Assembly: GCA_001179505.1 (NCBI GenBank)
Contig: CDMY01000688.1
Span: 62,001-126,000, forward strand
DNA length: 64,000 nt
Direction: 5' to 3'
Origin: Vitrella brassicaformis CCMP3155
Lineage: Eukaryota; Protista; Chromerida
A program made the position numbers and the translations under genes. Within the stretch, counting starts at the first letter, position 1; every line of letters begins with the position of its first letter. The notes beneath the pieces are model-generated. The model ran no database searches. It was given only the letters and a program-made list of their open reading frames with translations, and was not told the origin of the DNA. Positions 1 through 10,470 of the stretch are shown piece after piece.

Positions 1-1583
1 GGGGTGTGGGTCCCTGGCGTACCTGGAACTGGTGGTAATTGCCGCACTCCCCGGGGAGGCCCCACACGGGATCGCTCGTCGGCCCCAGCTCCAGACGCTG
101 CTTCGACTGGTCACTCTAAAGACACACAGAGAGATCAACAGCAGCGCCATTTCCCCCACCGCCCGCAATACCTCGTCATCACACTCACCGTGTATGTCAC
201 GAACTTCTCCGAGAGTGTCTGAAGGATGACGGCCAGCACCCAGCTGCGGTTGATGGCTATGTCGTCGGGGGATGACCCGGTGAGCATCGTGGGCGGCTCT
301 CCGGCAGGCAGCCGGCTGATGAGTGCACTGAACGTCACCGTGTCGATCTCGCCCGACCGCAGGCAATCGAGCAGGACGTCCGACGCCTGCACACAGACAG
401 ACAGACACCACACAGATAAGGCCACACGTACTGCGGAGTGGATGAGGTGGTGGCGTTGATACCTCTTGTATGGAGGCCGCTCGTGTGATGACCTCCGCGG
501 CCGTGCCGAGCAGCAGCTCCTTCCACTCGCGCAGCTTGACCTTCAGACGCGCAGACACACCCCGCACCCTGCACAAGTAACAGCAGTTGGGTGCATTGCA
601 TGCTGCGCGGAGCGCTGCGTGAGTGAGTGGCGTGTTTACTGGTTCAGCTCTCGCTCCACGGCCCGCAGGATCTTCACCCACGACAACAACTGATTCGTCA
701 GACTCTACACGGCACGGCAAGAAGGAAAGGGGCACCACACACACAGAGGGCCTTCCACGCCACGTGGTGTCGAGATGACCATGCGTCAGTCACAGAAGTA
801 CCTTAGAACTGAGATGCGTCTTCATCTCATCGATGGCCCCCTGGTCCAGCTTCCGCATCTCACCGCCAGATGTCGCCGCGATCCCCAGCGTGCGGTACAT
901 GACCTTCTGCACCATAGCGTCCTCCTCCCTCGCACGATCGGCCTCATCCGTCGACGCCGTCGAGCTCGACCGCAACTCCCGCGACGGCTGCTGCTGCTGC
1001 TGCTGCTGGCTGGTGTCTTGTTCACGCTTGGTGTCGGCTCGGTCCTGCTCGAGTGCCGCCAAGCGGCGGTCTCGCACCTCCTCGTGCGACGGCGGGCGAG
1101 CTTTGGGAGTCGCCTTGGGGCGAGCGGCACTGGCGGCGCTGCTAGGCTGCTCCTTGGCCGGTGCTGGTGTGGCCTCCTGCTGCTGGGCGGCGGCCTGTTT
1201 GCTGCGGCTTTCGAGACTGTCGAGGCGTCGCTGGCGGATCTCCTGGGCGGAGAGACCGCTCTGAGTGGGCTGGGGTGCCTGACGGGAGGCGTGGGGCTGG
1301 GCTGGTTGGTCAGTCGCCTCCCGGTCTTGGGTGGGCTGCGGTGCCGTGCCACCATGATGTGGGTCGAGTAGCCGCAGTCGCTTGGCACGCACCTCCTCGG
1401 GATCTGCACAGACGCACACACGGTACGGTCCATAGCAGACAGACAGACGGACAGACAGACCCGCACACCGTGACACAACAGTGTGGCGGATGGTGCACCT
1501 TCCCGTGTGGTGGCATGCTGACCTGGTTGTTGGCTCTTCTTGGCGGCATCTTCGCCGCGGTTGCCAAACAGCCAACTCCACAT
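1..1583 (-). CDS. Multi-exon gene running off the left edge; N-terminus resembles U-box E4 ubiquitin ligase UFD2/UBE4B (identity tentative)
   Basis: ATG at 1583: MWSWLFGNRGEDAAKKSQQP|DPEEVRAKRLRLLD with a GT-AG intron in matching phase. Three EE(V/I)RxRRLxxL-type repeats recall the EIRRRRLARL N-terminus of UBE4B. Further exons include SLTNQLLSWVKILRAVERELN and ASDVLLDCLRSGEIDTVTF. The U-box is not visible in the window. Confidence 0.5.
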
Positions 1584-2083
1584 CAAAAATGCGACACAAA
1601 CGGCAACAAGGACTGAGCGGATGAATCGAGCACACACCAAGCACAGAACCGCACGACGCTGCAGTGCTTTCCATGATGCGTGTGTCTGGTTCGTTGCTTA
1701 CACAGCACAGGGAGGTATGCGAACGACGAGAACGCTCCTGGGAACGCGCCTTCCTCCCCTACAGGCGACTCGCTGTGGCTGTCAACGCTGAGATTTGATT
1801 TCCAATACTCATCCACAATAGCTTCCTGACCCATAATCGTGGGGTGTTGGCTTATGCGTTTGGGCTTCTCTCCCGCCCTCCAGCGGTTTCACGGAACCTT
1901 TAATTTGCGATCTTGAACGTGTGAAACAGAGATCTCCAGCCCTCCACGCCACCACTAGAGTGCCTGTGGGACCGGGATTCTTTGCTGTTGTCGTTGATCT
2001 TCGCCGCCAAAGTGACGGCCACGCGAGAGAAGTGAGCATCTGAGGGCGTTGTTCCCTCTCTCCCTGGGCACAAGTTCGTCACC

Positions 2084-3611
2084 ATGGGGCAGTCGAAGTT
2101 CAGAGTGCTCAACCTCATCAAGCCCATTATGTGTGTCCTTCCTGAAGTGACCACACCGGAACGAAAGGTGGGTGAGCTGGAGGACAAGGAGAGTGTGCAG
2201 AGGGGCGGGAGGATATGGCTGGTGGTGTGTTCGCTCTGCTTGCTGTCTGTGTGTGTTTGGGGTGTGTCAGGTGCCTTTGAAGGAGAAGGTGTTGTGGACG
2301 GGCATATCGCTGCTGATCTTCCTGGTGTCCTGCCAGATCCCCCTCTACGGCATCACCTCACACAAGAGCGCCGACCCCTTCTACTGGGCGCGGGTCATCC
2401 TCGCCAGCAACAGGGGCACCCTGATGGAGCTCGGCATCAGCCCCATCGTCACCAGCGGCATGGTCATGCAGCTGCTCGTCGGCAGCAAGATCATCGAGGT
2501 GGACCACTCGCTCAAGGAGGACAGGGCACTGTTCAGCGGCGCCGAGAAGCTGCTGGGGATGCTGATCACCATTGGCGAGGCCGTGGCGTACGTCGTGAGC
2601 GGCATGTACGGCGACATCAAGGACCTCGGTGCGGGCAACGCCATCCTGATCATCATCCAGCTCTTCATCGCTGGCGTCATCGTGCTGGTTTTGGACGAGC
2701 TGCTGCAGAAGGGCTACGGCCTGTGCAGCGGCATCTCGCTCTTCATCGCGACCAACATCTGTGAGGTCATTATATGGAAGGCCTTCAGCCCCACCACCAT
2801 CAACACGGGCAAGGGGCAGGAGTTCGAGGGCGCCGTCATCGCGCTGTTCCACCTCCTGGCCACCAAGGACAACAAAGTGGCGGCGGTGCGGGAGGCCTTC
2901 TACCGCAGCAACCTGCCCAACATCACCAACCTCCTGGCCACCGTGCTGGTCTTCCTGGTCGTCATCTACTTCCAGGGCTTCCGCGTGGACCTGGCGATCA
3001 AGCACCAGAGGGAGCGGGGGTCCTATCGCCCGTACCCCATCAAGCTCTTCTACACGTCCAACACGCCCATCATCCTGCAGACCTCCCTGGTGTCGAACCT
3101 CTACTTCTTCTCGCAGCTCCTCTACAAGCGGTTCAAGTCCAACCTGCTCGTCAACCTCCTGGGACAGTGGCAGGACATGGAGAACGTGGGGCAGTCGATC
3201 CCCGTGGGCGGGCTCGTCTACTACATCTCGCCGCCGGAGAGCCTCAACAAGGTCATCGACGACCCCGTCCACGCCTTCATATACATCGCCTTCATCCTCT
3301 TCACCTGCGCCCTTTTCTCAAAGATGTGGGTCGAGGTCAGCGGCTCCTCCAGCCGCGACGTGGCCAAGCAGCTCAAGGAGCAGCAGATGGTCATGAAGGG
3401 CTACCGCGACTCGTCGCTGGTGCACGTGCTCGACCGCTACATCCCCACTGCTGCGGCGTTCGGCGGCATGTGCATCGGGATGCTATCGGTGCTGGCGGAC
3501 TTCCTCGGCGCCATCGGGTCGGGCACGGGCATCCTCCTGGCCGTGACCATCATCTACCAGCTCTACGAGATCATTTACAAGGAACAAGAGCAAGGAGCTG
3601 CCATCTTCTAG
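2084..3611 (+). CDS. SEC61A: Protein transport protein Sec61 subunit alpha (474 aa, 2 exons: 2084-2167, 2271-3611)
   Basis: [22 protein letters not shown]...ERK|[62 protein letters not shown]; phase-0 GT..AG intron 2168-2270; TAG stop. Confidence 0.98.
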
Positions 3612-4432
3612 TGACTGACCAACACAACACAGAGAGGGAGGGGAGGGGGGAGGGGATTGGGAGGCGGAGAGCATATTTCTTCAATTACAGCCGGGGTGCA
3701 GGGTTGCGTGTTGTGAATGGCTGTGTGGATGTGGCTGCGGTGCGTGTGACTGCCTGGTTGATCGCTTTGGCGTGTTGACTGCGTGTATGCGGTTTCTTGC
3801 CCCGTTGGTTGAGTGCGCGATCGCAGAGATCCGATCCGTGGGTGCGTGCGTGACGAGACGACACACACGTGGCCTGCTCAGACAGAGGCATGCTTGATCT
3901 TCAGAGACAAGCTGCCTGCCTGCCTGCCTGCATGTCTTCACTCATGTGTGTAATTAGCGGCGCGTCGTCTGGTATGCTATATGGCGTGATGCGATGCGAT
4001 GCGACGTGATGCGATGCCCCTCTCTATGTGGCTGGCGTCAAATGGACTGGACAGACGGACGGTGAATGGACGTCTTTTAATTGCATGCGGGACTGGCGTA
4101 ATTAATGACTTTTCAATGCATGGATGGATGGATGGATGACAGACGCACCACTCAATGTCCCCCCCTGATACACGCGCACATCCCTCCACCTCCCCGCCTC
4201 ATCTGTGTCGTCTACACGCCGCCGCCACCCTCTGACACACACGCATACACACACACCCCACAATGGGCTGCATTTATCCATCTGTGTGTGCGATCGATCG
4301 ACACATTCTTTTGTCCACACATGCTCACCGGTGGCATTGTCTGCTTTGTCTGTTGTGTCTGTCTCGCTCGGGCTGCTGCCGGGAGATTTGCTGCCGTGGT
4401 CAGGTGGGAGGGGGGGGGGGGGGGGGGGGGGG

Positions 4433-4732
4433 NNNNNNNNNNNNNNNNNNNNNNNNNNNNNNNNNNNNNNNNNNNNNNNNNNNNNNNNNNNNNNNNNNNN
4501 NNNNNNNNNNNNNNNNNNNNNNNNNNNNNNNNNNNNNNNNNNNNNNNNNNNNNNNNNNNNNNNNNNNNNNNNNNNNNNNNNNNNNNNNNNNNNNNNNNNN
4601 NNNNNNNNNNNNNNNNNNNNNNNNNNNNNNNNNNNNNNNNNNNNNNNNNNNNNNNNNNNNNNNNNNNNNNNNNNNNNNNNNNNNNNNNNNNNNNNNNNNN
4701 NNNNNNNNNNNNNNNNNNNNNNNNNNNNNNNN
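4433..4732. other. Assembly gap (300 N) preceded by a ~23-nt poly-G run
   Basis: N run seen directly; G run at 4410-4432. Confidence 0.99.
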
Positions 4733-4794
4733 GGGGGTCACAAAGGCAACACGTGGATCATGTCTTGTGTGTGCACTTGTGTGCAGCGGAGTCT

Positions 4795-5890
4795 CGGCGA
4801 CGTGATTTTGGCGGCATCGGCGCCTCCCCAATACCCATCGGGCGAATGGACACTCAGAGGTACAGTGGCCCCCAGCACCCCGCTTGTCGATACCGACACT
4901 CACTACTCATGTGTCGTCGCCTTTGTGTGCAGGTGTGCACCGTCGTGGTGTCCCCTCCCACCCCCCCTCCGCACTGCCCGGGGTCATGCGCATGGCCATG
5001 GCGTCCGTCGCCCTCTCGGCTGACATCGCCGACCAGGACTGTCTTGTCAAGGACGCCACTTCCGTCATGTGTGCCCCATGGCCGCAGAGCCCCTCCGTCT
5101 TGCCCTCGTCTCCACCATCCACACCATCGCAGCCGAGGCGAGTCGGCAGACAGGAGCCCCTCGGCAGCCGCACGAGGAGCCTTTCGTCGACGAAGCACAT
5201 TGTCAAGCGATGGACGAGGTAGAGACAGAGATGCCGATAGACCAGCAGGAGGGGGGCGACCAAGAGCAAAGACAAGAACGAGATCAGGAAGAGGAGGATG
5301 AGGAAGAAGTGGAGGACTTCCTGGAGCAGATGCTCGAGGGCGACGACCAGCCGGCCCCACCACCAGCCGCGGCACCGGCACCAAACCGGCAGCAGACGTC
5401 TGTGCGGCCGCCAGCACCAACATCGAAGCCCGTCAAGCTATCGGCGGCCAGCAGGGAGGCCGTCACCAACCGAGCGGCCACCTTCCTTGCCGCATACACG
5501 ACCGCCACGAAGCTGCGGGGGTCCCAGGCACCTGATGTGGTCTCTCTCAACCGGCGCGTCAGCAAAAGGCAACGGACGCACACACCCGCCGAGGCGTTCC
5601 ACCAGCAGCAGCAGGCCATACCTGACGACCATATTGTGAGTGTCAATCGTGCGCGTGCGGCCCCTGAGCAGCAGCAGCAGCAGCAGCAGCAAGAGGGAGG
5701 GGGCAACCCGATGGTGGACCAAGTGCATGGCGCAGATGAGGAGATGGCTGGGAGGCGTCATGCCGATGGTGGTGGTGGCGGTACCGAGATGCGGGCGGCA
5801 GCAGGGAGTGGTGGTTTCGATGGTTGGTGTGTGTGTGAGTGGTGTGAAGAGTGCGAGGATCTGCTGAGCCTGGCGACTTTGCGCATGTGA
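4795..5890 (+). CDS. Hypothetical low-complexity acidic/Gln-rich protein, partial; 5' part obscured by the gap
   Basis: Exon-like segments after TG-rich acceptors (RSLGDVILAASAPPQYPSGEWTLR) and a 273-codon ORF at 5069-5890 with EEEDEEEVEDFLEQML and polyQ. No recognisable domain, and exon phases could not be fully reconciled. Confidence 0.35.
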
Positions 5891-6884
5891 TAGATAAATA
5901 GATAGATAGATAGATAGAGGATGGATGGATGGATGGGCCACGAGACAAACACATGTGGTGGATGATGTGTCCAATCATCTTGTGTTGAGGATATCGATCG
6001 GTGTTGACCATTGGAGCAGCCGCATTGGGCGAAGTGAAAGATGGACCGAGTCGCAAGGCGTCGGCCAGATCTGGTCCTTTGGTCGGTGCTCCACCATCCA
6101 CAGGCACTTGAGCAGCTGGATGAAGGCCACGTCTCTGAGACGTGCATACTGTTATTATGTCCGTGCACTCTCGCTAGCGTAGCGGCTACATTGGGGGAAT
6201 GGCCGAATGAGTGGATGAGACGAGTGGATGAGGCGGGCCATACCTAGGGGGGCTGTAGCGGGCCAAATGTGTTTAGAAATGACGTGTTCGTGTCTGTCTG
6301 TCTGCCACAGACATGAATGTGTGTGTTTGCCAGTAAGCGAATGATCCGAATCGCATCAACGTCTTGTGTGGTCCATGGGTGGTTCAATTAAGTGCGCACA
6401 TGCGTGTGTGTGTCTGTGTCCACTCATCCCATCAACCATCGAGCCACACAAATCACACCCCACCAGCGGCAGCAGCACACTCCACACCCCGCACACACAC
6501 ACTGGCTATGCAACGGCCCGACATGTGTTCTGTTCTTCAGAAAGTGCCCCTTCCCTCCGCCCCTTATCGACAGACACATGTCGGTCGGTCCCCCTCTTAA
6601 AACGCGGCTAGCAGTAGTGTGTTCTGTCTGGTCGTTCTTCGTGTTTGTATGTGTGTGCGTGTGTGGTGGCTACAGTCGTGGGAATGGGCAGACAGACAGA
6701 CAGACAGACAGACAGAGAGAGAGAGGTTTGCAGATCAGTCGACGACGAGACGGCCATCCATCCCACGGGCAGCCAGACGGCCAAACAGGCAGACAGCCAT
6801 TTCGAGCAGCCAGCCACTCAAGTAGTGTGTGTGTTCTAAGTGAGGTGCGCTATCAGTCAGTGCCACATAGATGGAATGGGTTTC

Positions 6885-7775
6885 TCAACGGTAATACGGC
6901 TTTGACTGCCAACCACCAAACAGACAGACATCAGGCAACACGCAGCCAATCAACGTCGTGCAGAGAGTCAGAGACGACGAGTGCGTTGTGAATGTGTGTG
7001 TGGAGAGTGTGGCGTACGTACCTGGCACTTGCCGTTCAGGCAGTAGCAGACAATGAGCTCCCCGTCAGTATTCTGGACATGAGCGCACACAGTTCCGTCA
7101 ACCTTGTCCTTGCAGTAGTCATTCTTGGCCTCGGTGCCACAAGGAGAACCTTACTCACACCGCGCACGACAGACAGACATATGTATGCGTATTGCCCGCC
7201 CCCGCGCATCGCTTACCCGGCTGCGTGTTGCCTCCCTACCCCTTGGTGAAGGCCTTCATCTGCTGCTCGGCGGTGTGGATGGCGTCAAGGGCGCTCGCGG
7301 CCATCTGTTTGGCCGCCTGGCTCATCTTGTTGGCCGCCATCATCATGGTCTTGGCCTGCTGCACCTGCTGCTGCACAAACGCCGCCGCCCCAGAGCCCTC
7401 CGACAACGCACCTGCACACACAGCACAGCACCGCCACACACACACGCGATGCACCACAGATGCAACCATCCATCGCATCTTCCCATCCATCCCATCCCGG
7501 CCGCACCTGCGTTGCCCGCAGCCATGCCGGAGATCTCGCCCGTGCGGTCCACAAACGACCCACCTGCACACAGCAGCAGGTAGGACAGCCACATATGAGC
7601 CAGGAGTGATGGGTGTGCCGTAGATCTACCTCCCTCTCAGAGCCAACCATTACCTACCGTCGGCAGGGCAGTCGTATCCCTCCTCACAGTCGCCGCGCGT
7701 GGCCGTCGCCATGGCCACTGCCGATATGGCCGCCAGCGCGATGAGGAGCAAATACTTGGTCGCCATGCCCATCAT
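6885..7775 (-). CDS. Small secreted protein: signal peptide, Ala/Gln/Met-rich helix, in-frame TAG at 7236-7238, then a Cys-rich C-terminal module
   Basis: MMGMATKYLLLIALAAISAVAMATATRGDCEEGYDCPAD|GGSFVDRTGEISGMAAGNA|GALSEG...KAFTKG*GGNTQP|GSPCGTEAKNDYCKDKVDGTVCAHVQNTDGELIVCYCLNGKCQ|SKPYYR*. All junctions are GT-AG and phase-consistent. Confidence 0.7.
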
Positions 7776-7885
7776 CGCTGCCAACAAAGGCTCTTTTAAC
7801 CGAGAGATCTATCCCTGGAACGTAAATTCATCTGGACTGAGGTCCCGGCCATCTCCCTATATTCCCTCCTCCTTCCCCTTTGACA

Positions 7886-9558
7886 ATGCATTCGTCGGCG
7901 TTCCTCGTGTTTTTGTTGTTCATCCTACCCAGCCTCCCCTCACCCGCATCCGCATCCATCCTCACCTCATCCAATGACACCTCCACCGCCCTCCGTGGCC
8001 CACGGGGCCGTGGCGGTGGCCATGACCGCCACCGCCACAAGGGCCCTCAGTTCAAGTGCAATGACATCGACTTCGGTGCCAAGCGCAAGAAGACCTTACA
8101 TGGACCGCACACTTACATGAACAACGTAAGCGGGGTGGGAGATCTTCCATGGATGTGGTGGCGGGGATGGTGCTCTCTGGTGGGGTGTGGGTGCTGGCGG
8201 TGCAGGAATACTGCAGGGAGATCCCTGAGGGCTTCACGTGCGATTCCATCGGCGAGGAAATGTACGTATGGCAGGGGATCTGATGTGGCTGGTGTGTACT
8301 TGTGTGGGTGGATCTTTGGTTGGTTGGTTTGTGCAGGCAGATCCCTTACCCCTCCATCACCAGGAAGCCCTACTTAAAAGGCCAGCACTACTCACAGGGG
8401 AACAGCCACTTCCCTCTCACTTAGTAAGGGGGCGGGGCAGGCAAGGGCGCAGCGCATGAATCAACAGCGCCATGACCCATCCATCCATCCACACACGCGT
8501 TCTCTGTGTTGCCCTGCAGCCACCATCTGGTGCCCAAACACTTGCTGGTGGACTGGTACGTCACATACACACCACACAAGCTGCTCTGTCGCCACACACA
8601 TGCATTTGTTTTGGTTGCGCCTGTTTGTGTGTCATGCCTGTCTCTCAGGTGGAACTTCGCCGTATGCAGCGAGGCCGGCCGCCGCGAGCTGCTGCCCCTG
8701 ATATCAAGCATCGCCGACCACGCTCACACCTACAGCCACCAGCGGTCCGTCTACGTTGACAGTAAGCCAAGCCGCCCACACCACACCACACCACAACCAT
8801 TCCCCTGCACACACACACACACATAAATGCGATTCTCCTTCCCCTGCAGCAACTGACGAGTGGAAGAAGTGGGTGGAGAACTTCCCGTCTTCCGGGCCAC
8901 TGCCAGATTTCGAGGCCTTCTGGTATCCTTTCGCCTGGATGCCGGGAGATCTTGTTCGCGGCCCGCCCCCTGACCGGCGCACAGCCGACCCCGGATCATT
9001 CTTCGATCCCGAGGTGGCATGGTAGGCAAACAAACAGGGGCGTCATGGGCGTGGCGTGTGATGTGTGTGTGTATGTGTGTGTGAAGGTATCGTGGCTGCA
9101 TTGACGGGGAGGCCGTGTTCACCTACTTGACGGCAGCGTATGACGGCATCCAGGCATTCTGCGACACCAAGGACGCCCCACTCCTCGCCAAGACAGCGCA
9201 GAACATGGCCAAGGTGGCCACCATCAGCGGAGATGCCGCGCCATTCAGACCTGGTACACACACACACAGACACACACACTTGCTGTACGCGGTGTGTGTG
9301 GTTACGTTTGTGTGTGTCCGAGCAGCTGTGTGGGATCAGACCAATGCCAAGTGCTGGACCGCCCTCGGGGTAAGTAAGATCCTTTGTGTCGATCGACATG
9401 TCTCGTCGGCAGTGTCTCGGACTGTTGTGTGCCTCCATGCATTTCAGGGCAGCAAGGCCCGGGACCTGTACAAGCGTGACAGAGCGGCCTACTGCGAGTT
9501 CTATGGCTCAGTTCATGACACTACGCCTTACTTTCGCAAGGGCGGCCAGCCGCAATGA
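7886..9558 (+). CDS. Secreted hypothetical protein (signal peptide, 9 exons)
   Basis: MHSSAFLVFLLFILPSLPSPASA signal peptide. Exons splice in phase through EYCREIPEGFTCDSIG, YHHLVPKHLLVDWWNFAVC, FAWMPGDLVRGPPPDRRTADPGSFFD and YCEFYGSVHDTTPYFRKGGQPQ*. Confidence 0.8.
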
Positions 9559-9591
9559 ACAGCCATCCAATTTGTTCACCTTCCGTCATTG

Positions 9592-9734
9592 ATTTCGTTT
9601 GATTTCTCGCCTGTGTGTGAAAGACACCATGTTTTCTTTTGCGTGAGTGAGAGGCACTGAGGGACAAACGACTCTTCAAAGCTTCAAGCCGCTGTGTCTG
9701 GTGATAGCATTTACAAAGGCCATTCATTTCATCA
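9592..9734 (+). repeat. Diverged dispersed repeat, copy 1 (copy 2 at 12729-12859)
   Basis: Shared blocks atttcgtttgatttc, gtgtga(a/g)agacaccat(g/c)ttttcttttg, agtgagaggcactgagg and an identical aggccattcatttcatca. Confidence 0.8.
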
Positions 9735-10028
9735 GGAACGATATCCGCAAAGACACATCCAGCCATCCAGTACAAACGCACACAAACAAAGAGCTTCCAC
9801 GAAAGACTGTCTCCCCGAGCACACCCAAACAGCCATGCAGCCCACGCAGACGCACCGGCACACGCCTCCACACATAGGGACCAATAGACGATCGGCCACA
9901 CACACAGGGCCCCACAGAGAGGCGTCGATCCCACCCCTTATCCATCTATCCATCCACCCACCCACCCGCTCTTCTCCCCCAACACACATGCACACACTCA
10001 CATACACATACACATTCACAGACACACA

Positions 10029-10063
<35 letters not shown>

Positions 10064-10470
10064 GTAGGTGAGACAGTATTACTATCATTTCTATATGTGC
10101 TGGCACCGAAGTGCCTCATTTTTTGCATTCGTTGTGTAATAATATTGGTTATGTAATAGTAAGAATATTGATACACACATACACATAGACACACACAGAG
10201 AAAGAGCGTCGCTATCTATATCCCTCTCTCTCTCCCCGAGCGTGTGTGGGTGCATGCATGTCTATCTGTGCATCTGAGTCGTGTGTGCGCTGGACAGGGA
10301 GACCAGTTCAGTTGTCCCAGCCATCCATCATACACACGACACACATTGTCTTAATCCATTACTTCATGGTCTACTAGACCGCCTACCTGTTCTTTTCTCA
10401 TTCTTTCACCGACCTAGCGGGACAGAGAGAGACGGAGAGAGAGAGAGAGAGAAGGTAAGAAAGGATCGAC

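Noticed and set aside
2358-3272. Long antisense and off-frame ORFs (also 2774-3778, 29178-30608 and many others in the track)
   Set aside because: They are shadows of GC-rich real coding exons or run through microsatellites, with no independent motifs.
4410-4432. Poly-G and poly-C tracts at both gap edges as functional G-quadruplex elements
   Set aside because: They most simply explain sequencing dropout; their true length and context are hidden by Ns.
5925-6250. Possible extra exon or small gene downstream of the gap-adjacent ORF
   Set aside because: No consistent phase or recognisable motif in any frame.
7236-7238. Genome-wide TAG reassignment as the explanation of the in-frame stop
   Set aside because: SEC61A, the first TLDc gene, the glycosyltransferase and the last gene all end in TAG at sensible C-termini.
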